A stretch of 64,000 nt of DNA, from contig OZ320319.1 of assembly GCA_976226885.1 (NCBI GenBank), positions 64,604,001 to 64,668,000 on the forward strand, given 5' to 3'. The position numbers and the translations under genes were made by a program. Below, piece after piece: positions 14,291 through 27,229 of the stretch (the stretch's first letter is position 1; every line of letters starts with the position of its first letter). The notes beneath the pieces are model-generated. The model was not told the DNA's origin. It ran no database searches and saw nothing but the letters and a program-made list of their open reading frames with translations. This DNA comes from Iphione sp. A-MEVVRFRX5. Its lineage: Eukaryota.

Positions 14291-14889
14291 TAATTTGGGG
14301 GCCTTGTTTTGTGATTGGATGAATAAGCTATGAATTAACTAGGCAAATGTTGGTAAATTACAGAATGTTTCTCCCCATGTAAGCTTCATCTAGGGCACAT
14401 TAAAATGAGGCAATTCGTCTAGGTTCACCCCTATTTCTCTTTCCTAGATTGCAGCAATTAAATTGTGCCGGAAAACTACTCCATTTTAGGATGCCTCTCT
14501 TGGGAGGAGCGTGGAGGGTGTGTTAACTAGTTGTCTCTCTATAGAAACAGACAGGCAGCTTACTGTCGGCAAGGGCTAGTGAACACAGAAAATAAAGGGG
14601 GAGGGCGAGGAAGCCAACTGAACCTCCCTTCCCACTAGAAACACAGATTAGAGTCAACTTTCAAACGGCCGACACTTCTTTGAAATAACGGATTGGTTGT
14701 CAGTGACACCAGACCTGGCTCTCGCAAAAACAGGGACCAAAATAGATGGAGAGATGGACCTGAACACTCAGCCGAGTCGGGAACAATCGGACAATCATTG
14801 CAGGGTGAACTGGGCTAAAGGAAAAATTCAAATAAGGAACGAAAAGATGGCATCCTAAATACAGTAGTGATAATCGTGGGAAAATGGTG

Positions 14890-15030
14890 GGGGAGCGAGA
14901 GGGAGAGAGAGAGAAAGATACAGACAGAGAGAGACAGAGGCAGACAGGCAGACAGACAGATGTAGATATAGTTAAATACAAAAAAAGAGACAGACACATC
15001 ACAATAAGATAAAGAGACAGAGAACAGGAA
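14890..15030. repeat. Low-complexity GA/GACA purine-rich tract
   Basis: gagggagagagagaaagatacagacagagagagacagaggcagacaggcagacagacag... Confidence 0.8.
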
Positions 15031-18000
15031 AATTATTATTGTATGTGAAATGGGTCCTAGCAAATCCATAAGTGAAGAGAAATACACATGGCTTTAAAAC
15101 CGAAGATGTCCGTTGACTTTCTTGCAGTGCAAGAGTTTCTTAGACCCTGGAGGACTGACTGGAGGGCACCACCTCCAGGAAGAGATGGGAGACGCAGATG
15201 TCGCCTGGAGGAGGCCGCAGATGCACGCGCGCCTAATCGGGACACGGACAGCTGGTGTCCTGCCGTCCGCCATTCTTATTCTAATGAGACGCGATCACCA
15301 GCGATGAGTCGAATATGGGCGGGATGTAATGGGAAGCGCCGACAAGAAGCCGCTACCCTCGCCTACTTACGTCCGCCTCTCACAAAAGGCATTGTCCCGC
15401 CATCGGAGATGAAACCATTTGCACTTTCCAAGGTTCCTTTTCAGAAGTTTAACAATTAGGACAACCGGAGACATTTCAATGACTGCAGATTCGGTATGTC
15501 CGCTAACTTTTGTGGAGGTGCTAAGTTCTGACATTCTACTTAAGCTAATAGAGCCAGCAAAACATTGCTTTTTACTTCTTTTTAGTGTTGTAATTCACAG
15601 CATGGATGTAGAGAACACTCCATATCAGAAATAAGAATGGAACAAGGTTTTTGTGGAAAATATTACTATATGAATAGCACTCATTTCATTTATTTAAATA
15701 GGTGTCACCAATTTTTTCTATTCTACAGCCCATCGCCGTCAATTGCTCGGTACAGTCGACCAAGGCTATAGAGTTTCATCTTTCTTATGGTCCCAAATTG
15801 AAAGCCCAAATTTAGCTACTATGAATAGATCCATAATGCGTACGTGCAAACTTCGCAGAATTTGGCGTGGTTGTCGTTACGGACAGATCAAAAAGACAGT
15901 AACTGTTGATAGGTTAGAGATAGACATTACAGGAGATGGGCAGCTCAGGTAAATAGATGGTGGAGCACCAATATAATGGCTTCCTGAAGCCGTCTGCATC
16001 CTCCCCCACTCCCTCCTATCCTGATTCTATCTAAGTCGCCATTTTTCAAACTGTACTTTAGTGTAGTGACCTGCTTCCCAAGCCACATTTCTATCGGCAT
16101 GCTGTCTTTGTCTTTCCCCTTTTCTCCAGGACCAGCCTTCTGTTTTCTGGCGCACTTGAGCATTCACCACATCCCTTGCAGCACGTCAATGGATCGGTCT
16201 TAGATATACTTCCAATTGGGCATTCGGAGCATGCCCCCGGACGGGCTTGACTGCCCACCATTCTGGACTGTAGGCTCTCTGTAGTCCATGCCAGCAGGAG
16301 AGATTAGCCATGGTGAAAATTCACCATCAGGTGGAAGGCGCGGGTGCCGAGAGGAGAAGGTGGGGCAGGAGAGAAGGGAAAGGAAAGTGGGGGTGGCTAC
16401 TGATAGCGGGCCGCGCCCGTGCGATTAGTAGCGGCCTGATAAGGGAGCTGCGACGAAATTGGATTTCTGCGGTGAGCGCGTGCCCGCTTGGTGCCGGCCA
16501 GAAAACAAAGCCGCGTGTATCAATAGAGAGGGCCGATAACGGGCGGTCCCCGGCCAGGCGGGCCGATATGGCCTCGCATGGCCCGGGCCCGACAGCCTCC
16601 CTACTAGAAAAAGCACGACCGCCTTCGTCAGGCCATCACCTGGAGCATCTGGCGGCGCTTATGTAGACAATAGAGGCTTACATCAAAAAAACCGCTTTCA
16701 TAGTGTCCATCTTGCATTAGGCATCTCTATCTACCCGTGATTATATTTGTTCCCCGGGTTCAACGCTATTCTGTTCTTCATGGGCCGGCCTCCAAGTTAA
16801 GCTGGGTACATTTCTTTTTGTTCTCATTAGCTAGAAAGTATATAAGGCCTTGATTGGTGTGGTCAGAAGATGAAAAATGGAGTTATTGAGCACTTTACTC
16901 GAACAGTGTACAGCTTGATTGTCTTTAACCTGGGATGGTCGCCATGAGCTACTCACAGATGACATCATTATCTCGGCTCCTCCCAAAGTCATAATGTCAC
17001 GGCACTTTGCTCTCTATACTGATGGCAACCATTGCTTGCCTGTCTATCTGGCTGCCTCTCATCGCCACCCACCCATCCCACTACTACTCTCTTTGTGCAT
17101 CCTTCCTTCGAGTCTCCAACTTCATCGTCTATGAGAAAGACCAAGGAGCCGATTTGAATACGTCAGCCCCGTGCGTCGGACGGATTTAATCTGGTTACCA
17201 TGTTATGCCCATTCTGACTGTCGAGGGCAGCTTGCAGTTTGACAGAAGCAGGAACACCCATGCGTCCAATAAAAAGGCTGACTGGATGTGCTAATCCAAT
17301 GGTCTATTAGGTGGATCTTAGAGATGAGTTCTTGATTAACACTGTCATAATGAGACGTTTTGTTCTTGGAGGGTTCGGATACGAAGGGGAAGGTAACATG
17401 TTTTCGACCCTATCATCAAAGTTCTAGAATTCCTTTTTATGTAAATAATATATATGCAAATGAAAAATACCATCAAAACGTTTCTGCATTATATGCAGGA
17501 TCAACCTGTCGTGAGCGCCTCGAAAATCGCCTTGATGTGTGGGCCTGAATAAGGAATGGGTCGTTTGCTCAAGGGTTCACATTAGCAGGCTAATCACCAG
17601 CTTGATACCTACCATAAAAGCCCCCGGAAATGCTAACTAGCCACCTGGCGAAGGTCTCGGGCGTGACGGACGCCATCTGCCCACATCACGTGACTCTCGC
17701 GTTTCCACGACGTTTGGAAATCTCGGGGCAACGGGGATCGTCCTGGTCAGGCGAGGGTGTGGGAGAGTGAAGGTTAGCCAAAGTATGAGGTCTAAGTTGG
17801 AGCTGAGATCTCTTCGAAAAGGGCCCAGGCCGATGCGAATGGGCTGGCAGCGAACGTTGACCGGGTCACGAGGCGGGTGCCTGTCGAACGTCTATTGCCT
17901 CCGCCCCTGCCTCCTGTCGCGGCCAATCTCCCACCACAACAACATCCTAGCTGCCCAACGCCAACCGTACTGAGGGCCAGCCGGCGCAACAAACTATGCT

Positions 18001-18825
18001 AAAGCTCTCTAGCTTCAAGCAACGGTCGCTTGCTTGAGTCATGCAGGCCATTGAGTCACTCCTAGCCAGGAGGCCGAGCACCTCCCACAACCACCACAAG
18101 CGCCAGCACCCTCCATCAAACGCCCAGCAAACCGGTTTTTGTCTGCGTGACGTGAAAGTCAAAACACGGCTGTCATATTTCATTCGTGCCAGCCTCGTAA
18201 GAGGGCGCTCGCCAGGGCCGCCTGCCCTGGGTAGGGCATCAGTGGCTCCCCCTGGAGAAGTCAGCTGGAGTCGAGACGGGCCAGCGAGGCACGCACACAC
18301 ATACACACGCGACGCATGCGATGTGTGTGTACTGTTGTGTAATTGTGTGTGGAATTTTAGACTGGATGGTTTGTTCTTCATCGGTGTGTCTGTGAAAATG
18401 GCAGTGTGTGTGTATGTGAGTGCAACAATTGCGGGTTTAGTTGTGGGATACAGCCCTTTGGGGGCGGTTGCCTTCCTGCTCTGGTTCATAGGAAGTACCA
18501 AATAGACTGCACCAAAGTTCAGCTCTGGAGCCAACGAGACAACCGCCACGAGACAGCTTTTTAAAACATACACTAATTCTCTAAGAACAAAAATTACATC
18601 AGCGAATATACACGTACACTGACGGTGCATTATCCAGCGATCTGTCTCCTTAGCAAGTTGCCACGCCGATAAACTTAATTGACACAAAATATAAAGCAGA
18701 CTGCTATGCTATATAGGCAAACAATAAAGGTGGTCTGGGTATTTCATTACACACTGTAAATAGAGACACAATGCAAAAGCGATGTAAGAAAAAAAGACGA
18801 TCTGTTATAAATATGCATTATTTAC

Positions 18826-18946
18826 CTCCTTCAGTTGGGTCGAGTCGGCGCGCCCTGCGGCCATGCTTGGAGTTGTTATGTACAAACATGTTATCTGAAA
18901 CTGCCAGTAGAGGGCCATCCACACACACTGTCGTCGATATAGCCAC
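18826..18946 (-). CDS. COE: COE/EBF exon, end of DNA-binding domain: [40 protein letters not shown]
   Basis: Contains the diagnostic [15 protein letters not shown] motif. Acceptor cttacacAG at 18948-18947, donor GTAAAT at 18825. 121 nt, phase 0 to 1, in frame with both neighbours. Confidence 0.98.
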
Positions 18947-21159
18947 CTGTGTAAGTTGAGGATAGTACTTTAAATTGTAGGTACATACACAGAAGAGTAT
19001 TTTTTAATTTGTCCCTATAAAACTAAAATATTTTCTATGTTCAGTATATACGTAGGTACATTTGTACATGTATATATTAACAGCAGTTACTACAGAAATT
19101 AGCTATTAATGAAATAAAACACATGTACAAGTATTATCTTACATATATCTATCATAATCATTAAGCTCTCACCACAAATAGTATTTTCTCACTAGTAACA
19201 GTATAGGGAAATCCTAACGTTCATTATATGTTTGTCTCCAATGTCAAATATTGAGCCACTGATATAGAATGATCAGTCACATGTACTGTTCAAGGTTTAA
19301 CCCCCATTGGTTGGACTGCATCAGTTTCGCCATCCTGCACCACTCCCATTCAAAACACCATCACTACCGCCCCAACCAAGGTTACCCACACCCCCATAAA
19401 TCGCGGGCCAAGAAAATCAACTAAGTTATTGCTAATGAGGGCTGGGTCGTGCTGGTGAGGTGGACGCGGGTCCGCGCGCCGAGTGAGAACTCGAGCCTCG
19501 GGGAGCCATTCCTCCTCGGGCCGCCCGGCCCCTGCTCCGGTCGTGGGGCATTTTTCAGGCGGCGAGTCGATGATAGGCCTACGCGGAAACAAAGCAGCGT
19601 TTAAGTGATAGTGGGCGACAGCCAAACGACCATCGCGGGACCACCGGACCCTGGGCGCCGCCGCCTTGGCCGCCGCCCGCGCCGCGTGCTGGTGTCCGAG
19701 GCCTTGACGTATTGACGAACGAAGCAGTTACCGCGCCGTCAGCGACCGCTGACAAGCGAGTCGTGCGCAACGCCCCATACCCACCCAGCTAAGACCCCGC
19801 CCACCCTTGCAGTAGCACACACCCTCTCCCCGATTACCGCCCACCCTTCCCGCTACACTCCCCACTCGACTCCTTCAAGAAGGGAGCTATAGTGCAGGAA
19901 GATGAGAGAAGAGGCCAACCACTCGATTGGCATGTAGACACGAACATGTCGAAATGTGACTGACCCTAGCACAGCCGCCGCTCCCTGTCCTGACACCCAC
20001 GCTCTCTACAGGGTTCATAAGGCTAAAACTCCATAGGGATACCCATGGGATGCAAGGATACTCCAGCTGCCACGTTTATCCCAAATTTCCCTCATTCCCT
20101 CATAGCCTCGGTATAAATTTCTTGCTCTCCACGCCTGATTCGGTGATGCTTGAACAATGTCTGTCTAGTCTTCGGCATTTTTTTACCTCTCCTCGGCAAA
20201 GGAGGTGAGCAGATGGAGGAAGTCGGCGAGATATTTTCACGTTATTTGTCCGACCCGCCGTTTCAGGCATAACGCGTCGTCCGACGCGTTCTATTACTAC
20301 AAGGCCTATTTTTCCATTACTTTTGCGACGTTTGATAAGCGGCACGTTGTGTCCGCGTCCTATTTGATGTGATTTATCGGCGGCGAGCCGCTCGTCGGCG
20401 GGTGCTATCAGCTCGGTGCAGGGCCCGCCCGCGGCACGCACTGCCCATGCGCACAGTCTCCATGACTACCCAAGCGGGACGCCGGCGGCGGCCATGTTGG
20501 CGTGATAAGCGGCGAGGCCGGTAGGGGTCGCTGCGCGCCGGAAACGCTACCCGCAAGTCACGGATCGCTGGGAGCAAGAGGAGCAGGAGGAGCAGGCGGG
20601 CGGGTGGCAAGCGGCCGAGGGGAGGGGGAATAAATTAACTACCGAGACCCCTTAGCCATCTAATCGTACATGCACTTGATTTGCTGATTGGTGTAAAATA
20701 ATTGCTTTTAGTCCAAATTGAGCTCCTCCTGCTTGCACAAGCGTAGCGGTTGGCTGAGCTGTGTTTAGAGCAGCTCGGGGTATTGGGAGCTTCTCATGGA
20801 GACGGGCTCGCGGGGTAGGGAGGAGCAACTAGGAGGATCCTGACCGACATCTTGTAAAAACAGCATCGGGTCAGAGGGAAATGGGGGTATCATGGACGGC
20901 AGTTAGCGACCGGATCTGTGGTATCCAGCCCACAGCCCCGGGGGAGGAGGCCGATGCCAGTCACTCCAAGCACAAGCGTCGCCCCCTCGAAAGTTCCCAC
21001 CGGAGCCGGGGCCGAGCGGCTCGCCGATACGCTGCCACTCAAACACGTCTGGATGGACACTTTCTGGGGGTCATGTTACCGGGATCGAGTGGTGGTGATG
21101 GTGTGTATGATGGGGTGAGAAATAATGGGGAGTCATAGATAGAAATAGTAGGTGCTTTA

Positions 21160-21285
<126 letters not shown>

Positions 21286-24200
21286 TTATACACACATGCA
21301 TTTTTCTGCAGAAAATCAGTCCAGTAAACAAACCATGAGAAATTCCTACTAATGTACAAAGTACATGTATGTAATTTTGCATTTTGTAAAAGCCTACAAT
21401 TTCTTATGAACGATATCAATATATAAACAATTTATATTACAGGTAAATGCCAATTAGATGTTGTAAGTAGCGGATCAGTGTGTTGGCTTCATGACCAGTG
21501 TTAACAGGTACTAAAGACGAAGTCTATCTTCCATCGGACCAACACCCCCCACCCCCACCCCACCTCTCTCGTAGACACTACCCAAGGTCCTCCCCGTGGA
21601 GACAACCCAGGCCCAGGTGGACGAGGGTGTCGGCCACTTGTAGCTACATCCCAGGACGCGGCAGTGGTGTGTCGTTAGACAAGCCAGCGGACTAGGAGGG
21701 TGGCTTGGCCGGGCCTGCTAAACGAGGTTAACCGCTTCCCGGGAGGACGGGGCGGCGGGCGGCGAAAATCGGCGCGATGGCATCCTTATCGAATAGGTGG
21801 CCAATAGAAGTCGGACTCTGAGACGTCCCTCGACGCCTCCAGGGCCTGCAGCCTTATCAGCAGCGAGCGCGGGTTGGGCTAGGTGGCCCGGCATCGTCTC
21901 TTCCTACTCTCCTCCCCTCCGATACTCCCACCTCTGAACCAAGGTGTGGTTACTGTCACTTGGCGCTAGAGCCTTGGGGCCTCAGCTGGTCGTAATGGCA
22001 ACCAATCCCCAATATCTCTCCCCTAGACACGTCAGAAAGGATCCAAGATGGAGATGGAAGGAATCTGACTAAAGAGGAATGCCTCCAGTGTATGGTATCT
22101 CTACATCGCGAAAGTGGACGCCTTCTTGACATGTCTCCACGTACGTTGGATCCATGGTTATAAAAAATACACTGATTCTAAACATCCGTCGTATCATAAT
22201 TTATGAGAAGTAATTCTGAGATCACGTTCTGAGTCTTGTGAAATGCTTGGCCACAACTGGTTGCTGCTGCTTAGAAATTGGAATGTTTGGGAGGAGGAAG
22301 GGTGCTCCTTGATCCATCGCCACCTGTGTGGACATCTACGCCGCCTCGAACTAATAAAACAACATGAAGGTGTCCTTGCTCTTCTGTGGCCATAGCCTCC
22401 CTGTATAGATTTTATGGAGAGTTATGTGTCGTAGGCGTGGTAATCGTAGACATAACTTTTTCCTGCTGCCTCGTATGCCCCTTCACATCAAGTGCCCAGC
22501 TGTCCTCTTGTTTGGGATGGGCACGATATCACCATGCATGAGGTGTTTAGGATGGGCACATTTCAAGACCACGACAGTGGGGCGGGACGCTGGCGCTATT
22601 GAGGGCGATGGATGTAGATATAAACCGCTTGTAATGACTGGGCTAAATCGCAATAAAGATGACAAGGCCTGAAGTGTCCCATGGTAAGCGGTCCTGGTAA
22701 GCAGGCACCCTGTAGTTACCCGGACCACCAGGACCTATCCTGATAAGACAATTGTGTACGGGGACATCTATCAGTGGTTACCTTGAGTCGTGGTACATGC
22801 TTATCTTAAACATAAAAGGAGCGCACAAAGACTTCACTTAAAATCATTCTCGCCGGAAACGTACGTCGCATGCACCGACATATTACCATGTATTACTTGT
22901 GGTCTTTACTATTCAAAACAAAAGCGCTGGAACTATCTATAGAGGGTAAATCATTAAAGACGTGAATAGCGATTCGCAGCTCAACAGCCACAAGAGACCC
23001 GTTGCTAAGAGATAAAGAGTCAACGAGGGCCAACCAGACCACCGACACAGTGCCGACAGTATAGGGCGGGGCAGGACGGGGGAGTTATTGGGGTCCCCTG
23101 GTTCGGAATGATGCTACAAACATGTTGCGAAGCGATGGTGGTAATAATTAATGTTGTGCTGCGAGTGGGGCGGGCGGACGGGCTCATTAGTAATCGCACA
23201 GGGGCCCATTACATGCTTACCGGGCGGGCGGACCGGCCCGGGCGCAGCGACCCGTTGGCCAGGCCCGCCAGCCCCGCGCCGTCGACCGACGCAGCCTTTT
23301 TGTCGGCGCTAACTCGTCGTTCGCGGGCCACGTCGGCTGATTAACAGAGCACAGGGCCGGCAGTTTCCACAAGGGACCACTGCGCACCGCCATAGCCGTC
23401 TCCACCCTCCCTCCCCTTCCTAGTCATGCGCCTAAATACAAAATAATTAGCCTATTCCGATATCGGATATTAATTTGTCGGCTCTCTCTCCCTCCTCTTC
23501 CATAAATCCCCCACCCCTGGCACATATAGTTCACCTCATGGACCTCCATTCTCTATCTTTGTGATTCCACTGTGATCTCTACTTAAACCTAAAATTTACC
23601 GTTTCTACAGATTTGAGTAATGTCTAGTGAGAAAGGTAATAGCCCTGTGGTTTACAAACTACGAGGCTGTCTGTGGAATCACTATAATAGACCGCTGCAT
23701 TCTATGAGGTTTAATTATCACCAGTGTATTTCACCGACAAATTTACTGCCCAGAATAAAGGCCACAGCCAAATGAAACCAAAAAAAATCATTAAATAAGC
23801 GAGCGGTCATATGTTCCTTTAGCTCGCCTGAAAGTGTCAAGTAAAGAGATAATTTCAGAGATAAGTGCACGTGAGAGAAAGAAAGAGGGAGGAAAAGACC
23901 GGCAGGGGGAAGGGGCGAAAGCAGTATAGGCAAAGCTATAAGACATGACCACTGGGGTGTCGCAGCCTCCGCCTGTCGCTCTGGGAAGATGTCCCTGGCG
24001 GCGCCAACGGGCCCTAAGCCGGGCAGTCACAATCAGTCCGGTCTCGGGCCCTGATAGCCCCCCGCGGAACACTAAAACCGGCGCGCGCACGGCCGCAATG
24101 AAATCTTGATAACCCGCAGACAAAGCTCACAAACACTTATGATGCGCCGTCGGCCGGCCAGAGTGCCTCCGCCAGCCCATCTACCTGCAACAGGGGGAAA

Positions 24201-27126
24201 TTGAATCGTAGCGAGGCTGTCCCACACCGGAGAAATCGAACCATTCACCGCCAGCACCCAGGAGTCTGAAACCCGTTCGTTTCTCCGGCCGCCCCCCATT
24301 CTTGTACCTCCTCTCACAGCTGGCCCCCTCCGCGCACAGGCGCGAGGCAGCTATCAACTATTGAAATCTGTGGCCTTAACGGTCTTCCTCGTCCTATAGC
24401 CTCCCAGCACAGACTCCGTCTAACATGCCCGCCTTGTACCCCCGGCAAGGCTTTCGCAGCGAGAGAATTGTCAGCAAAATAGAACGGGAGGGGTGGGGGT
24501 GGGCAGTACGTGACCGCCCCTTGCAGGAAAGTCTAGCAACTTGAACACAAAGGTTGTCGATAGGTTATGAGTCCTGCTAATGACGACGCTGACATACGTA
24601 TTGATCTACGCTCATGTCAAGTTTAGATGATTGTTCAGCTAAAATATGTTGTACACATAGTATAGCAAAAGGGTTCTTGGTTGTACTAATGCTTGCAAGT
24701 CACACACATTTTGCTAGATCCCAACATTCCGTTATCACAAAGCGGCATAAGCACAAACGAGAAGTGTAATAATTCCCTTTGCTCAATCTTGCTTGGATTT
24801 CTGTCCAACTAATGCTGCAGCTGTACTGAGGTCGGGGACTGACCCTTGGCGCTGACCACTAGAACCCGTCCTCGCCTTAGCCGCCACGGTCGGCGCCTGA
24901 GGCCGGCGACAGTGACATTTCGCCAAGGTTATTTAATCTCTCCTTTCGATGGGACCGCTGTGTCATCCAATTTCGGCGCCGCAAAGGAAAAAATAATGGG
25001 AAGTTACGGATGCAAATTGGGCTATCAAACGCTGCCCGCGGGCTGGGGTAGAGGCAGGTCACGGCGGCCAGGCCTGCCTGACCCCGGGTCTCGGCCTGCC
25101 GAGCCCGAACGAAATGAGAAGCGCAGGCATGGGCCGAAGTCGGGGGCCAAGGGGAAGAAGGGGAGGAGTTGGCCAGCATAGCTCGGTTGCCCTTGCCCGG
25201 AGGGCATCTAATGGTCGCGCGCGCCGTTGTCCGACCACAATCAAGTGGCCCTGCTCCAGGTCGCTCTCAATTCCACTTGTCAATCGGCTCAAGTAGCTGC
25301 CTCTAGCCGTAACCTCATGGCAGCACGCCTCCTGTTGGTCATCCGAACCCCAGTGACCCTCATGCTGACTGTCCTATAGACCCAACCCCTATTGCCAGTA
25401 GCCACTCGGCGCACAAGTCTACTACTAGTCGAAGGAACGCTCATTTTACTCAATAGTCTGACTACCAGCACTAAGATAGTACCAAGTCGATCTGGCATAT
25501 ACCTGTGCAGTGTATACACCCTACGGGAGGTGACTAGGCTATTATCGAGGATAGGTGGAATGGTATCCCTTTCTGATTACTGAACACTAATCATGCGTCT
25601 CCACAATCACACACATTGGAACATATATTTTATACATAGCAGTGACCTAGATCTTAATCTTATTGTAATGGAGCATGGACAGATAATACTGACACCAGTG
25701 AATGACTCAATATACATTCCAATGTCTATTTTCAGAGGGAATCACTGAATTGTCACGTTAACTTCATGTTAGAAGTAAAGGAGCATATGCATGTATAGCA
25801 GGGAGATGGAATCCGAGCAGTAATGTAAGAAGTAGCAGAGTGTAGTTTTTCGTACTCCTAAGAAAGGAGAACAAGGAGCCCTTGTTGTTGCTTCAGAGTT
25901 GGCCGGGTAAGCTAATCATATTGTAAACACTGTCCACGTTAATCTCTCTCGGTAGAAGTGGGCCTACTCCCTCAGCCGGGGAGTCTCATCAAAAATAAAT
26001 GCTCATTGTCCGAAGCAGTAGAAGGGAAGAAGAAAAACATTCATTCTATTAGGCATGGTTTTGGCTGGTGTTCACACGGAGGGGGAAGGCTCACCCGTTT
26101 CCCACTTGGTGGGGTTTGTCGAAAAGCAAGTTCAATGTTGGTCAGTACTTGGAGGAATTAAATTCCCGAGCGACGCTTCCAAGTTCTCCTGGGAGTGGTT
26201 ACCCGTAAAAAGAACGTTCAAGTAAGGATAACCGTCCGTTTACAGCTTCCCAAAAGTAATTTCACTAACCCTTTTGTTAAAAAGTATGATTTCAAAGGGA
26301 TCTTACATGTTGTTAAAAGGTTTCTTTCTAATCTTTGAATTTTGTCTAAAAAAAGAGAGAAATTGTGTAAAATGAGAATGGGGAAGTGAGTGATAGTAGT
26401 ATATAAAAACAAGAATTTGCGGCAGGATGTTTTAAAGTTGCCCTGTTTTATGACTGACATCTTTCCTTGAATACGAAAGTTGACATTGTGACGCCTATAC
26501 CCTTCATTAAGACATTATCCTGAACAGCACTGCTTTTCATTGTTGTGTGACAGTCTGTACCTCTCATTGTTCCATGCTTGATGTCCCCAGTGAGACCAAC
26601 AAACATCCCCGGGCGCCAATTTAACTATGCGGCACACTTACCCACATAGTGCCTCTCTATCTCCATCTATCGTTCAACATTCAAATATTGTACGGGTTCC
26701 CTCTTAGGGGGCGGGCGCTGGTGATTGGGCTTAGAAACATGAGGCCACTAATCCCTGTAACAACGCCCTTGCCTCCAGGGGTAAATCCTCGGCCCTATCC
26801 TCCTGGGGTAGCTCCTTCGGTATGTAGAGCCCCACAGGGCTAAGCAGGGATCGACACCCTGGAAGACCTCGCACTCACCTTGGAATACGGAGCTCAACAA
26901 ATAGCCCATCGGCGTTCACACATCGCTTCTGTTTTACACACATACACATGTGTTCATACGCACGCACTCACATACGCAAACGCCCAACGGCTGACGAGGA
27001 TAGACGTCGGGGGTGAAGGATAATTGGGCGCCGGGTATTGGATGTTGGGAGAATTACAAGTTAATTAGAAGTATGACCCGGCGGCACCGCTGAGCAACTC
27101 AGACCGGCGGCTGGAGCAGCTCGGTT

Positions 27127-27229
27127 CATCTGCCCGGCACTCGAGGCTTCAGTGAATAATAGATGGCCACTGGCAGAGGCGGCCAGCTGATGATCCAGCG
27201 GCAGATGTTAAGCAGATGCGTAGCAGATG
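27127..27229. promoter_or_regulatory. Candidate proneural bHLH enhancer: five E-boxes (4x GCAGATG, 1x CAGCTG)
   Basis: CATCTGC 27127, CAGCTG 27184, GCAGATG at 27201, 27212 and 27223 (exact 11-bp spacing). Motifs are seen; function is inferred. Confidence 0.5.

Noticed and set aside
17947-18687. Longest ORF in the track (246 aa, minus strand), with an overlapping 154-aa + strand ORF
   Set aside because: Starts at TTG, crosses CA/GT simple repeats and a GC-rich block, shows no recognisable domain and lies within a COE intron. Most likely a chance ORF.
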